Source: a virus (taxonomy: Duplodnaviria; Heunggongvirae; Uroviricota; Caudoviricetes). From it: a DNA stretch of 64,000 nt. This document shows positions 1-10,811 of the stretch, in pieces (position 1 is the stretch's first letter; every line of letters starts with the position of its first letter). Location: positions 21,587 to 85,586 of IMG/VR virus record IMGVR_UViG_3300032163_000007. One strand, given 5' to 3'. Made by a program: the position numbers and the translations under genes. The notes beneath the pieces are model-generated. The model saw only the letters and a list, made by a program, of their open reading frames with translations. It did not search any database and was not told where the DNA came from.

Positions 1-468
1 CTGATTCAAAACTTAGAGGCTCTAGTCAGTATTGATAAGAACGACCTGGATGAAGAAATTATTAAGAACCCAAGTCGGTTTGCTTGGGTGGCTGTTTTAG
101 CTGAAGAGGCTGAGGTTGCTGAGGCCAGAGCAAAGCGTGAATACGAGAGTATGGAAAGCCTTACCGATCTAGGCATTAGATCCGGGGCAATCCCGCTTCC
201 TGAGGGGATTTCAAAGTTGACTGAAGGCGTAATAGAAGCGATAATTAAGTCAGATGAGAACCTAAAAGAAGAGTACGGTAAATACCTTCAAGCAAAACAT
301 CAAGCTAACACTATGAAGCGGATTGTACAGAGTCTTGTACAAAAGTCGGACATGCTTCGGACGTTTAGTTCTAATGTGAGGAAAGAACTGGAAAGCGACT
401 TCGACGTTAAGAAAGAAGTAGCCAAAAAGGTTCTCAAAGCATCCAAGGAAAGCCGAGGTGACCAATAG
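1..468 (+). CDS. hypothetical protein (5'-truncated; the frame is open from window position 1)
   Basis: No stop in frame upstream of the listed start at 88; charged coiled-coil composition; no recognisable motifs. Confidence 0.4.
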   Translation: MIQNLEALVSIDKNDLDEEIIKNPSRFAWVAVLAEEAEVAEARAKREYESMESLTDLGIRSGAIPLPEGISKLTEGVIEAIIKSDENLKEEYGKYLQAKHQANTMKRIVQSLVQKSDMLRTFSSNVRKELESDFDVKKEVAKKVLKASKESRGDQ

Positions 469-537
469 ACTTAAAAAGCATGTAACGAGTAGCGCAATAT
501 CGCACAAAAAAATTAAAGCAAGAAAAAGGAGTTTATT

Positions 538-1344
538 ATGGCATTGAACATGGATAAGATTAAGGCAAAGCAGGCAGAACTATCTGGCGAAAGAAAAGCA
601 GGCAGTAGTTCAGACCGCAAGTATTTTACCCCACAAGAAGGCGACAACCACATTCGTATTCTTCCTCCAATGGATGGAGAAGACACATTTTATTTTGAGT
701 TCCTCACACACTTTGGTGTAGGTCCAAACAACGAAACTGTAGAATGCCCTCGCTCATTCGTAAAGAAGGCTAAATGCCCAATTTGTGATATCGTATCGGA
801 GCTTTACAAAGGTGACGAAGAAGACAAGAAGAATGCAACAGCACTTCGAGCCAAGTCTCGCTACCGCGTAAACATGATCAACTTAGATAAGCCTGAAGAT
901 GGTGTACAGATTTATGAGTTCGGTAAACTCATTGCTCAAGATCTTCTAAGTTTCATCGTTGATGACGACTACGGTGATATCACCGATCTCGGAACAGGCC
1001 GTGATATTACAACTAAGCGTACAGGTACTAAACGTGATACAAAGTACACGATTATGCCACGCCCAGTTGCATCATCTCTTGATACAGAAGTCATGGAACT
1101 CGCTCACGACCTTCGTGCAACCTTTACCGAGCATTCGCTTGATGAAATTGAAGCGATCCTTGACGGCGAGGATAAAGAAGAGCGTGCTACCAAAGCAGCA
1201 GCTCCAAAGGCAGCTCCTAAAGCAGCAGCTAAGGAAGAGGCTGACGATAGTGAACCTCCTTTTGATGCTGATGAAGCTCCAAAGGCTACTGGTTCAACAA
1301 GTAAGGCAGACATTTTAGCTCGTCTAAAGAAGTCACAAGCCTAA
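538..1344 (+). CDS. ssDNA-binding protein, T4 gp32-like
   Basis: RBS AAAAAGGAG; 'NHIRILPP' resembles the gp32 N-terminus; His/Cys zinc site (H..ECP..CPIC); acidic C-terminal tail typical of SSBs. Confidence 0.7.
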   Translation: MALNMDKIKAKQAELSGERKAGSSSDRKYFTPQEGDNHIRILPPMDGEDTFYFEFLTHFGVGPNNETVECPRSFVKKAKCPICDIVSELYKGDEEDKKNATALRAKSRYRVNMINLDKPEDGVQIYEFGKLIAQDLLSFIVDDDYGDITDLGTGRDITTKRTGTKRDTKYTIMPRPVASSLDTEVMELAHDLRATFTEHSLDEIEAILDGEDKEERATKAAAPKAAPKAAAKEEADDSEPPFDADEAPKATGSTSKADILARLKKSQA

Positions 1345-1361
1345 GATTGTAGGATAGTATT

Positions 1362-1394
1362 AAAGACGCCCCCTTCCTGGGGGCGTCTTATTTT
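1362..1394 (+). terminator. rho-independent terminator
   Basis: GACGCCCCC-ttcct-GGGGGCGTC hairpin followed by TTATTTT. Confidence 0.7.
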
Positions 1395-1408
1395 CATAGG
1401 AGGATATT

Positions 1409-2455
1409 ATGGCTAAGAAAAAAGAATTAGACCCATCCGCTCCATTTAATGTTAAGAATCTTATCAGTAAAATGGCTAGTGAGTTTGGAGATGAGTTTGT
1501 AGCAGACCCTGACGAAGACAAGAGTATTCAAGGACTTCCCACAGGGATGCTTATCCTTGACAAAGAGATTGGTACAGAGGGCGAAGGTGGATTACCAATT
1601 GGTAAGGTTGTAGAGATCTTCGGAGACTACGCAACTGGTAAAACACTGCTAGGTATGATGGCTATTGCTGAGGCACAGCGTCGTGGTGGTATTGGTATCC
1701 TGCTCGATGTTGAGAGAGCTTACAACCCAATTCGCTGCGCTGAGCTCGGAGTGGATAATGAGAGCTTGGTAGTACTCTACCCAGAATCTCAAGAAATGGC
1801 TTATCAACAAATCATTGCAATTATGGAGGAGATCCGTGGCAGTGGTTTTGATAAAGAGATTGTTATGGTGTGGGACAGCCTTGCGGCTAGCGCCTCTAAC
1901 CAGGAGCTTGACAAAGAGATAGGTGAGAACACCGTAGCGGCTAATGCACGCGTTAATTCCTCAGCAATGAAGAAGGTAGCTAATGCAGTTCACAAGGGTA
2001 AGGCGATTCTCATCATTATCAACCAAATCAGAACAAATGTAGGTGTTATGTTTGGTCCTGATGCAGTTACCGCTGGTGGTAAAGCCGTTCGCTTCTACAG
2101 CAGTCTGCGTATGCACGCTAAGATTGATAAGAAGATTAAGTCTGAGGATAACAAAGACGACATCATTGGTATGTCGGGTTACTTTGAAATCATCAAGAAC
2201 CGCTTCAGTCAACCATTCGTCAAGTGTCCATTCGTCATGTACTTTGATGCAAGAGGCATTGATAAGCTCGCAGGAGTATTTGACTATCTGCTTCGTCATA
2301 AGAAGCTGAATCTAGCTAAGACAGCCGAAGGTAAAGACCGCAAAGGTTATTATATCCTCGACGGCTACACTGACACTTTCACAGAGAACACTTTTAACGC
2401 CTTCTTAGAAGAGCATCCAGATGTGATTGAGAAGCTCAGAAAGAACGAGCTGTAA
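1409..2455 (+). CDS. RecA/UvsX-family recombinase
   Basis: Walker A GDYATGKT; 'GGLPIGKVVEIFG' and 'ILLDVERAYNP' parallel the RecA core; RBS AGGAGG. Confidence 0.8.
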   Translation: MAKKKELDPSAPFNVKNLISKMASEFGDEFVADPDEDKSIQGLPTGMLILDKEIGTEGEGGLPIGKVVEIFGDYATGKTLLGMMAIAEAQRRGGIGILLDVERAYNPIRCAELGVDNESLVVLYPESQEMAYQQIIAIMEEIRGSGFDKEIVMVWDSLAASASNQELDKEIGENTVAANARVNSSAMKKVANAVHKGKAILIIINQIRTNVGVMFGPDAVTAGGKAVRFYSSLRMHAKIDKKIKSEDNKDDIIGMSGYFEIIKNRFSQPFVKCPFVMYFDARGIDKLAGVFDYLLRHKKLNLAKTAEGKDRKGYYILDGYTDTFTENTFNAFLEEHPDVIEKLRKNEL

Positions 2456-2456
2456 A

Positions 2457-3413
2457 ATGGCTTTAATTCTTGATGGTAATAACATAGCGTATCGAATCTG
2501 GTCCACAGAAGCAGGCAACCTCAGCACCCGTAAGGGTGAGAGGGTTGGTGTGTGTTATGGCTTCATTAAGATGCTACATAGCTTTCTAAACTCTGAAGAG
2601 TTTGACAGGTACCCCTCTTACAAGAGGCCTGTTATTGTAGTGTGGGACATTGGGAAGTCAAAGAGGCGGAGAGAATTATACCCCGAGTATAAAGGTAATA
2701 GGGAAAAGGATGACAGCTTCAATGACTTCATTGAGCAGGTAAATCTCATCAAAGAGGTTATTCCACACTTTCCTATTATATCCTTACAGCTGAAAGGCTA
2801 TGAGGGAGACGATCTCATTGCGGCTATATGTTATTACCTTCAAGAAGAGCAAAATGTTATAGTTACAGCAGATAAAGATCTTACTACACTTATTGACGAC
2901 AATGTCAGTATGTTTAAGTTGGACATGTTTACTGCGGGACATACCCTAATCACAAAGGCTAACTTTAGCGAGAAGCTGAAGATCAAGTACAAGAAAAAGG
3001 GAGAGCCAGCGGAGACACCTATCCCCTTCAACAAGATGATGGATCTCAAGGTTCTCGAAGGAGACACCTCTGACAATATTAACGGAGTTGCAGGTGTGGG
3101 AAAGGTTAGTATAGCGCAGCTATTTGAAACCTTTGGCGGTTTACAGGAAGCTCTTGCAGTAGAGGATTACGTAGGTGACACCAAGCTCATGAAGACGCTT
3201 GAAAAAATTCGTGCCAGTGAGGATATCATTAAACGTAATTATGAGCTCATTGATCTTAAAAAGTTCCTAGACGCTGAAATTCTTACTTATGTGGGCGAGG
3301 AATTGTTAAAAGACAAAGTAGTAAATGTTGAAGGTATTAGGGCCTTTTATAAAGAGAAGGAATTTTCCTCTCTGATGCTGTCACTTAATGACCTTTTATC
3401 TTATTTAATCTAG
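2457..3413 (+). CDS. 5'-3' exonuclease / flap endonuclease (T4 RNase H-like)
   Basis: N-terminal 'LILDGNNIAYR' typical of FEN/Pol I 5'-nuclease; acidic metal-binding clusters; start set at the ATG just after the upstream stop. Confidence 0.7.
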   Translation: MALILDGNNIAYRIWSTEAGNLSTRKGERVGVCYGFIKMLHSFLNSEEFDRYPSYKRPVIVVWDIGKSKRRRELYPEYKGNREKDDSFNDFIEQVNLIKEVIPHFPIISLQLKGYEGDDLIAAICYYLQEEQNVIVTADKDLTTLIDDNVSMFKLDMFTAGHTLITKANFSEKLKIKYKKKGEPAETPIPFNKMMDLKVLEGDTSDNINGVAGVGKVSIAQLFETFGGLQEALAVEDYVGDTKLMKTLEKIRASEDIIKRNYELIDLKKFLDAEILTYVGEELLKDKVVNVEGIRAFYKEKEFSSLMLSLNDLLSYLI

Positions 3414-3422
3414 GAGCTACTA

Positions 3423-4445
3423 TTGAAATTTATACTCTTTTCAGACATACACTTTCACAAGCATAATGCATTCGCCACATATATAGATGGTGTGCACAGT
3501 AGGGTATTCTACACATTCCTAGTCCTAGAACAAATTCTAGACTACGCCAGGGACAACCAGATCAAGGATATATTCTTTGCCGGTGACATGTATCACACAA
3601 AGAGCTACATAGATACCTCTGTAATTGACCCGGTATATGCGTTCTTCCTCAAGTACAGGGATGAGTTCAACTTTTACTTTATAAGTGGGAATCATGACTT
3701 TGCAGACAAGGGTAAGCATAGTCTACTAACCCCATTCAAGGCTCTAGGAAAACTCGCTGAGGGCCCGGAGGTATACACCCTAGGAACTACAAGAGTAGGC
3801 ATGATCCCCTATAGGTTTAACAAGCTATCACTACTCCAAGAGGTCTCAGAGATGAATGTAGATGTGCTTATCCTTCACGAAGGCATCTCAGGAGCTAAGG
3901 TTGAGGGCAGAGAGATTGAGGAGGGACTAAACCTCAAAGAGCTAAAGAAGACACTATCATCTAGAGTTAAACACGTGTTTATGGGACATTTTCACGATCC
4001 AAAGTGCTTGGATGACTCTATGGTTAGCTTTATTGGTGCGCCTATACACATCACTTTTGGAGATATAGGACCTAGAGGCTTCCAAGTATACGATACAGAC
4101 GCACATACACACGAGATGGTTGAGACAGTATTCCCCAAGTTTATTACATTGGACGACGCAGCTATTAAGAAGTACTCTGAGGAGGACCTCAAGGAGCTTT
4201 GTACAAGCAACTACGTAAGATTCCAAATAACAAAAGAGACTGCCTTAGTGGAGCGCATCAAAGAGGTTACTCCAGTAGTGATTAATTTGCAAGCAGAGAA
4301 GCGCGACTACGAGCAGCGATTAGACATCGGGGTCTCAGACGACCTATCAGATATTATGGCAAAGTACATAGCCAAGTTCAATACAAATTTTGATGTAGAC
4401 AAGCTACTAACTATAGGTAGTGAGATAATCGAGGAGTCCAAATGA
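3423..4445 (+). CDS. sbcD: SbcD/Mre11-like nuclease (T4 gp47-like)
   Basis: Calcineurin-like phosphoesterase motifs DIHF, GDMYH, GNHDF, GHFH; TTG start 7 nt after AGGAG; lies upstream of the SbcC/Rad50 gene. Confidence 0.75.
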   Translation: MKFILFSDIHFHKHNAFATYIDGVHSRVFYTFLVLEQILDYARDNQIKDIFFAGDMYHTKSYIDTSVIDPVYAFFLKYRDEFNFYFISGNHDFADKGKHSLLTPFKALGKLAEGPEVYTLGTTRVGMIPYRFNKLSLLQEVSEMNVDVLILHEGISGAKVEGREIEEGLNLKELKKTLSSRVKHVFMGHFHDPKCLDDSMVSFIGAPIHITFGDIGPRGFQVYDTDAHTHEMVETVFPKFITLDDAAIKKYSEEDLKELCTSNYVRFQITKETALVERIKEVTPVVINLQAEKRDYEQRLDIGVSDDLSDIMAKYIAKFNTNFDVDKLLTIGSEIIEESK

Positions 4446-6703
4446 TCCGCTTAAAAAAGATGTATTTACACAATTTCATGAGTTACAAGGAGCTAGAAGT
4501 AGAGCTCGACAATAAGGGCTTGATCTTTATAAGAGGAGAGAATAAGGAAGGCGCTTCCGCTAATTCCAATGGTGCGGGCAAATCAGCATTACCTGACGGC
4601 TTGAGTTGGGTTCAATTTGGTAAGACTATAAGAGGTGTCAGTGACAGTGAAGTCGTAAATAACAAGATCAGAAAAGACTGCATGGGAGCTCTTTTCTTAG
4701 AGGATGACATAACTGGTGACAACATCGAAATTAAGAGATACCAAGCTGACTCTAAGCATGGCAATGCCCTATATCTAAAAGTTAACGGGTCTGACATAAC
4801 TGGCACCGATAAGAAGGAGACCCAAATAAAGATTGAGTCACTACTCAATACGAATTTCGAGTTATTCATAAATAGCTTTTTATTTGGGCAGGGTATTCTA
4901 AAGTACTTTGCAGAACTCACCGACACTGATCAAAAGCGCGTACTCGAGACCGTTATGAACGTGGGTGAACTTGAAGACCATCTCAAGACTACCAGAAAGA
5001 AGCAAAAGGAAGTAAATGAAGATGTGGTGGGCACGCAGAATGAGCTTACCATGGTAAACTCAAAGGCAGAGACGCATGAGAGTCAGATTAAGTCTCTAGA
5101 GGCGCAGCAAAATGCTTTTGAACTCCAGAGAAAATTCAGCATCGAATCCACCGAGTTATCTATCAAGCGCATAGACACAGAAGAGTTAGAAGCGGAAGTG
5201 GCGTCAATCGAAAAAGAGATATTAGAGACGGAGGCTCTGAAGCAGCTGGAAGTTCCAGTGGATCAGAGAAAGAAGATGGAGCTTGAGACAAGCCTTAAAG
5301 CAGCTACAAGAAAGCGCATAGAAGCGGAGGGGTCTATACAGCAATACATAGCAGCTCTGTCTAAGCTTAACACAGAGTTTACTGTAGAAGACTTACTTCC
5401 TGTTGCTGAGTTACTTTTAGAGCGAAAAGACGAACTTGAGAGTCATCTGGTAGTCTATGATCAGAAGGAGCAGACAGCTCGAGAAGAGGCTCAAAAGGCT
5501 GGAACAGCCTATGCCATACACTTAAGCAACCTCAAGGCAATAGAGACTAGGGAGAATGAGTTTAGTAAGTTGGACGGAGTCAAGACCTGCCCAACATGCA
5601 GTCATGAGCTTACTGGGGAGCACTTGAAGAAAGAGCTAAAGAATCTTGAGAAGCAGTACCTTGAGATAGAGGCGGAGGCTTTAGAGGTATCCGAAGTACA
5701 AATAACACACGAGACGATAGCCGATGGCTGTGTTAGTGCGAGAAAGACGGCTCAAGTGGAGATCACTGATATAAATAATAACCTAGCAATAGTGACCAAG
5801 CAGATAGAAGATGTTGAGACCGCTGCTGCTTATGAGCTACAATTAAAGAATCTGAAAGAGACCCTCACTAGCGTAATTACACAAGAAGAGGATTTTAAAA
5901 GGCAGTTTGATGAATTAGACGTGAGCATAAGTAAAAACCTCTTAATACTACAAAAAAACAGCCAAATAGATAGAAGCTTGAGGTTGCTTGAGGACAGAAA
6001 GAGCAATTCCTCGATGTCACTACACAAAGCTGCATCAGAAATTAAAGCACTAAAGGCTAGACTCAAAGAGCTTGAGGACAGCAAGTCTCCATATCAGAAG
6101 AGCATTGAAGAGGCAAATGAAAGTATCAAAGTACAGAAAAGAAAAAACATAGACCTAGAGAAGGAGCTAGTAAAGCTTCGAGATAGAGCAGCCATGCTTG
6201 CGTTCTGGGAAGATGCCTTTAGCACTTCTGGGATACGATCTCTAATACTTGATAGTGTAGTACCAATATTAGATGAAAAAGCAAATGAGTACTCTAAGAT
6301 CCTGACAGACGGATCTATAAGAATTCAATTCAACACTCAACAAAGACTGAAGAGTGGAGAATTGCGAGATAAGTTCCAGGTACAGGTATTTAATTCAACC
6401 GGTGCCGAGGTATACAAAGGAAATAGCGGCGGAGAAAGACGGCGAATCGATTTATGCATACTCTTAGCACTTCAGCATTTAGCACAAACCAAAGCCAAGT
6501 ACTCATTTAACGTATTATTTTTTGATGAACCTTTCGAGAATTTGGACGCTGAAGGCCAAGAAAAAGTATATACACTACTAAAAGTTCTAGCAGAGAAGAC
6601 TCCTTCAGTATTTGTAATAACGCACCAAACAGAACTCCTGGCCTCAGGTGAAAATGTATGGACGATTAAAAAAGAGAAAGGATATTCTAAACTCTATGAC
6701 TAA
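4442..6703 (+). CDS. sbcC: SbcC/Rad50-like ATPase (T4 gp46-like)
   Basis: N-terminal Walker A GAGKS; long coiled coil; zinc-hook CPTC; C-terminal 'LFFDEPFENLD' Walker B/D-loop. Confidence 0.8.
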   Translation: MIRLKKMYLHNFMSYKELEVELDNKGLIFIRGENKEGASANSNGAGKSALPDGLSWVQFGKTIRGVSDSEVVNNKIRKDCMGALFLEDDITGDNIEIKRYQADSKHGNALYLKVNGSDITGTDKKETQIKIESLLNTNFELFINSFLFGQGILKYFAELTDTDQKRVLETVMNVGELEDHLKTTRKKQKEVNEDVVGTQNELTMVNSKAETHESQIKSLEAQQNAFELQRKFSIESTELSIKRIDTEELEAEVASIEKEILETEALKQLEVPVDQRKKMELETSLKAATRKRIEAEGSIQQYIAALSKLNTEFTVEDLLPVAELLLERKDELESHLVVYDQKEQTAREEAQKAGTAYAIHLSNLKAIETRENEFSKLDGVKTCPTCSHELTGEHLKKELKNLEKQYLEIEAEALEVSEVQITHETIADGCVSARKTAQVEITDINNNLAIVTKQIEDVETAAAYELQLKNLKETLTSVITQEEDFKRQFDELDVSISKNLLILQKNSQIDRSLRLLEDRKSNSSMSLHKAASEIKALKARLKELEDSKSPYQKSIEEANESIKVQKRKNIDLEKELVKLRDRAAMLAFWEDAFSTSGIRSLILDSVVPILDEKANEYSKILTDGSIRIQFNTQQRLKSGELRDKFQVQVFNSTGAEVYKGNSGGERRRIDLCILLALQHLAQTKAKYSFNVLFFDEPFENLDAEGQEKVYTLLKVLAEKTPSVFVITHQTELLASGENVWTIKKEKGYSKLYD

Positions 6704-6851
6704 GATTATCGCACTGAAAGAAAAGGTATGCCCAATCTGTAAGAAGCCCTTTGAGGCTGGAGTGGGAGAAGTATTTTGCAAGACTAGCTGCAGAAAAAAG
6801 GCTAGTGGAATTGAGAAGTACACAAGAAACTATATGATAGGCCGTGTGTAA
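6696..6851 (+). CDS. small zinc-ribbon protein
   Basis: CPICKK...CKTSC Cys pairs; ATG overlaps the sbcC stop. Confidence 0.4.
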   Translation: MTKIIALKEKVCPICKKPFEAGVGEVFCKTSCRKKASGIEKYTRNYMIGRV

Positions 6852-7180
6852 TGGAAGAGGTTATGAAGTGCCTGGAATGCCCTGATGTAGTTCTCGAACC
6901 AATGCGAGTTTCATGTCTTCCAGGGGGTGTTGGATATTTCTGCAGGTCATGCAAGTACATCTACAACATGCAAGAGTATCGTCGAATGAAGAGAGAGTTA
7001 GGGATTGTTGAAGATCATGAATTACCCCGTCCTGAGGACTTGGATCCATCCAAAGTAATAAGAATAGGCGGAGACAGTAGCCTACCCACTCAGGAATTAC
7101 CAGATAACATAAAAGAGTTGCTTACGGCCACCTTCGCGGAGACCAAGAATGCCTATAGTGACGGAATAGAGGAGAGATAA
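6851..7180 (+). CDS. small zinc-finger protein
   Basis: CLEC...C...CRSC Cys clusters. Confidence 0.4.
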   Translation: MEEVMKCLECPDVVLEPMRVSCLPGGVGYFCRSCKYIYNMQEYRRMKRELGIVEDHELPRPEDLDPSKVIRIGGDSSLPTQELPDNIKELLTATFAETKNAYSDGIEER

Positions 7181-7872
7181 TGAGAAAGATAGTAAAGCGG
7201 TTATTAGCAGACATCATTGATCAATTAACTGATACACAGCTACGATCTATGATTGATACTGCAGTAACATCATTAAGTGTTGCAAGCGTTGCAAGTATCA
7301 CTAGTTCCATAGAGCCAGGTCCAGAGACCTATCTCATTGACGATGTGATTAAAAAGGTTGAAGAAGAGGTAAACGCAGGGGACCACCCGCTGAACATTAT
7401 TGGCAGGCTTGTTAAAGAGGAGCCGGAAGAGTCTAAAGAGGCCCAGATAGAGAGAAAAGTTCTCACATCCTTTTTGGAAACAAAAGGACTCAAGAACATA
7501 GACCACGAAATATCTCTAAATGACCTTCGAGCGATAGCAAAGGGTCTAGGAGAAGCTAAGCCAGTTGCAGCCAAGCCAGACATCTCTAAACTGCCTCCAC
7601 CAATTGCAAAAAAAGGTAAAGCGACGCAAGATGATGTCATGGAAGCTGTACACAAACTAGCAGGACCTAATCTAAGTGATAAGGATAGAGAGTGGATAGG
7701 GGAGTGGCTGGGTAAGTACACTTTAGACCAAATCAATGACTCCCTAAAGGGGTCAATCGCACAAGGAGCCTATTCTCTCCGACACACAAATGGAGTGTTA
7801 AAAAAGTTTGATGTGATTGAAGCAGAAGCAGGCACCAGGGGTGGTCAAGTAGGCAGATGGAAGTTTGAGTAA
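7180..7872 (+). CDS. hypothetical protein
   Basis: Listed ORF with start/stop coupled to neighbours; no recognisable motifs. Confidence 0.4.
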   Translation: MRKIVKRLLADIIDQLTDTQLRSMIDTAVTSLSVASVASITSSIEPGPETYLIDDVIKKVEEEVNAGDHPLNIIGRLVKEEPEESKEAQIERKVLTSFLETKGLKNIDHEISLNDLRAIAKGLGEAKPVAAKPDISKLPPPIAKKGKATQDDVMEAVHKLAGPNLSDKDREWIGEWLGKYTLDQINDSLKGSIAQGAYSLRHTNGVLKKFDVIEAEAGTRGGQVGRWKFE

Positions 7873-9167
7873 TGGCTAACTATTCGTCAATAACACAATC
7901 CCCAGCAGTAAAGCATTTAGTAATAGACCCCAAGATCAGGGTTTGTGATAAACCTCTAGAGACTATGTCTTTTGAGGAGCTCATAGAGACTCTCAATCTA
8001 AAGGGTTACCGAACACTTAACAACTACATAGCGAAGGAAAAGCTGATAGGTTTCTTGGAGGGTGTAGAAGATGGAACTACTACGATGGACAATCTTCCAC
8101 CGCATATGAGAACTCTTACTGTTGCCAGATATAACACACTGGAAAAAATACACTACCTCAAGCAACGGGGGTACATGACTAATAGGACTATCACAGATAC
8201 TGAGATTAATGATGCCTATGAGTGCTTGAAGAACGGCAGAGAGGTACCTGAGAATAACAGATGTCGTCCTGACGTCTTTAGAAAGAAATCAGACAAGATA
8301 GCAATTTTATCTGACCGAGACGTAGCCCTGTTCGAGAAGAATGGTTTTGTAGACGAGGATATGTTTGCTAGGTATAGCGCCATCTACCGTGAGTTTGTAG
8401 TTAAGCGAACTCCTAGGGAAGACATTAAGAAGCGTTTCGGCGTAGACTATGATGAGATTGGTGAGGCAGTAAAGAAGATTAGAGGCTTTTTATCTGAGCG
8501 CTTTGTTCCACAAGATCAATTGGCGGACGCGCTTGAAGAGGGTAAGAGATCCTTAAATCAATTGTATGACACACTAGCTAAGGCGAATACACGACTTGCA
8601 GAATTTGATCATAAAACAGAGACGTCTTACTACACCTTTATCGAGACATACTTTCCTAAGAATAGCCAGCAAGAGCAGGTAATTATCAAAGGTATTGCCC
8701 GAGAGAGAGCCCTGCTTCTTGATTCCACACTAAAAGTTAGAAGAGCCATCTCTGACGAGCGCAAAGCTCTACTAGAGCTACAAGGACTCTTAGGTGGCCC
8801 CGTAAATCTACTGCAACTCAATGTAGTAAATAATCAGAGCAATCCTACTGCAAAGGGTATTTCAAACATACTTAACGCGGATATTAATGACGCCATTCTT
8901 AGTGGCTTTGATGGTACGGAGATTTCAGAGAAGGCCACAGATGACTTTGATTACGAGAAGTATATCACCAGGCTCAGTCAGGAAGACCAAGATGCTTTCG
9001 AAAAGCTATTAGACAAGATGACCGATTTCTACTTTGAAGATATGGAAGTTAAACAGATGGATGCTATCGAGCATACAAGGAATATGATTAGCCAGAAAAG
9101 AGGAGACTTCTCCTTTCTGGATAAGGTCATAGACGCAGAAGTCTCTGAGCCTGATTATGAGCAGTAA
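7872..9167 (+). CDS. hypothetical protein (lies directly upstream of the terminase large subunit; a small-terminase role is possible but unsupported)
   Basis: Position only; no recognisable motifs. Confidence 0.35.
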   Translation: MANYSSITQSPAVKHLVIDPKIRVCDKPLETMSFEELIETLNLKGYRTLNNYIAKEKLIGFLEGVEDGTTTMDNLPPHMRTLTVARYNTLEKIHYLKQRGYMTNRTITDTEINDAYECLKNGREVPENNRCRPDVFRKKSDKIAILSDRDVALFEKNGFVDEDMFARYSAIYREFVVKRTPREDIKKRFGVDYDEIGEAVKKIRGFLSERFVPQDQLADALEEGKRSLNQLYDTLAKANTRLAEFDHKTETSYYTFIETYFPKNSQQEQVIIKGIARERALLLDSTLKVRRAISDERKALLELQGLLGGPVNLLQLNVVNNQSNPTAKGISNILNADINDAILSGFDGTEISEKATDDFDYEKYITRLSQEDQDAFEKLLDKMTDFYFEDMEVKQMDAIEHTRNMISQKRGDFSFLDKVIDAEVSEPDYEQ

Positions 9168-10785
9168 GCCTATAAGCGCGAGCTTCTTCGACAAGCGAAT
9201 CAATAAAAACGCCGACCTATGGACAATGAAGCACAGGGCTCTCAAAAACAAGCCCTACAGGTTTAAGGGCAAAGCACCTAATCAACAGAGACCCTTTTTA
9301 CAACAGATGCTCAGGGATCCCGCTAGATACAAGTGTTACCAGAAGTCACGACAAGCGGGTGTATCTGAAAATTCAGTATCAGAAGTATTATACCTTTGTG
9401 ATATTCACGCCTATAGAAAATGGGTGTATGTATTCCCAACTTTCGGACAGATGAAGGACTTTGTGCAGACTCGAGTTGAGCCTGCTATTCAGTCCTCACC
9501 CTATATCACTAGTCTACTTGATAAAAAGAAGAACAACGTACACTTAAAGCACATTAAGAACTGCGATATTCTCTTCAGATCTGGTAGTAAAGCAAGCGCT
9601 GGTGAAGGTGTCGACGCAGATGGAGTATTCTTTGATGAACGAGATCGTATGAATACAAACATCCTAGATGCGTTTAAGGAAGGTCTATCAAGCTCAGACC
9701 TAGCTCTAATCAGAGACATTAGCACACCCAGCCTTCCAGGATCTGGTGTTAACATCAGCTTTGAAAAGTCCGATAAGAAATATTGGTTCGTTAAGTGCAC
9801 CAAGTGTGGGCATAAACAAAATCTAACGTACCCCGATAACCTAGTAAAGATTAAGTCAGAAAATAGATACACTTACAAATGCACCAAGTGTGGATGTGTT
9901 GATTGTATTGATAGGTCAGAGGGTGAGTGGGTCCCCGAAATTGTAGGAATACAGACAGAGGTCAGTGGGTATCAACTGTCCCAGTTAGACTGTCCTTGGA
10001 TCAGTGCAAGTGAGATCGTAGCTAAAAAAGATAAAATGTTTCCTCAGTTCTTCTACAACTACGTTTTGGGCAGACCCTACGTAGGTAGCAATCTATTAGT
10101 GCTGCAACAACACATTAATAATTGTATCAGTGATAAGTTTAATATCGTCACTAAGACTGGAAAGATCGTAGCAGGTGTTGACTGGGGAGATACCAGTTGG
10201 ATGGTTATAGGAATGCTTGTGGAGCAAAAGGTAGTTATATTATACTTTGAGAAAATAGCTTTCGCTGATCCAGAGATGCACATTCGACGAGTAAAGGAGC
10301 TTTTCGAGCAGTTTAAAGTGGATCTTATGGTATGCGATAGTGGCTATGGTAAGGATCGTAATGCCGTGCTGTTTAAAGAGCTCCCAGCAGGTAGAGTTGT
10401 TGCATGTAACTATGTAGACACAAGAAATTCAAGAATCATAGACAACGTTTGGGGCACATCTAAGCCGGCGGTTACTTCAAATAGAACCGTTAGTTTGAGA
10501 GTCATGGCAAGAGCTTGGCAGAGACAAGACTTCATATTCCCCCAAAACCTTCTCAATAATCCCAACGCTCTTGACTTCTTTAATCATTTAAAGGCCTTAG
10601 CCATCAAGCTAGAGGAAGTTGAAGAGGGTGTTGTTTTTGAACGTGTGGGGCACATAGGCGCCGACCACTTTTCTCACGCGTGCAATTACCTCTACATTGG
10701 AGCCTTCAAAGTCATGGGTAGATCCTATGTCGGGTTCATGCAAGAGGTCAAAGAAAACGAAAGAGCCCTCCTCGGAGGAAAGTAA
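9157..10785 (+). CDS. terminase large subunit
   Basis: Deviant Walker A 'KSRQAGVSE' (SRQxG[KV][ST] type); Walker B-like 'VFFDERD'; C-terminal acidic nuclease-like region; internal Cys4 zinc ribbon. Confidence 0.6.
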   Translation: MSSKPISASFFDKRINKNADLWTMKHRALKNKPYRFKGKAPNQQRPFLQQMLRDPARYKCYQKSRQAGVSENSVSEVLYLCDIHAYRKWVYVFPTFGQMKDFVQTRVEPAIQSSPYITSLLDKKKNNVHLKHIKNCDILFRSGSKASAGEGVDADGVFFDERDRMNTNILDAFKEGLSSSDLALIRDISTPSLPGSGVNISFEKSDKKYWFVKCTKCGHKQNLTYPDNLVKIKSENRYTYKCTKCGCVDCIDRSEGEWVPEIVGIQTEVSGYQLSQLDCPWISASEIVAKKDKMFPQFFYNYVLGRPYVGSNLLVLQQHINNCISDKFNIVTKTGKIVAGVDWGDTSWMVIGMLVEQKVVILYFEKIAFADPEMHIRRVKELFEQFKVDLMVCDSGYGKDRNAVLFKELPAGRVVACNYVDTRNSRIIDNVWGTSKPAVTSNRTVSLRVMARAWQRQDFIFPQNLLNNPNALDFFNHLKALAIKLEEVEEGVVFERVGHIGADHFSHACNYLYIGAFKVMGRSYVGFMQEVKENERALLGGK

Positions 10786-10811
10786 GTAAATTAACAGCGA
10801 TAGGAGCATTT

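Noticed and set aside
959-1318. + strand ORFs 959-1318 and 2043-2309 nested in other frames of the gp32-like and RecA-like genes
   Set aside because: Alternative-frame artefacts of Ala/Lys-rich coding sequence; no independent start signals.
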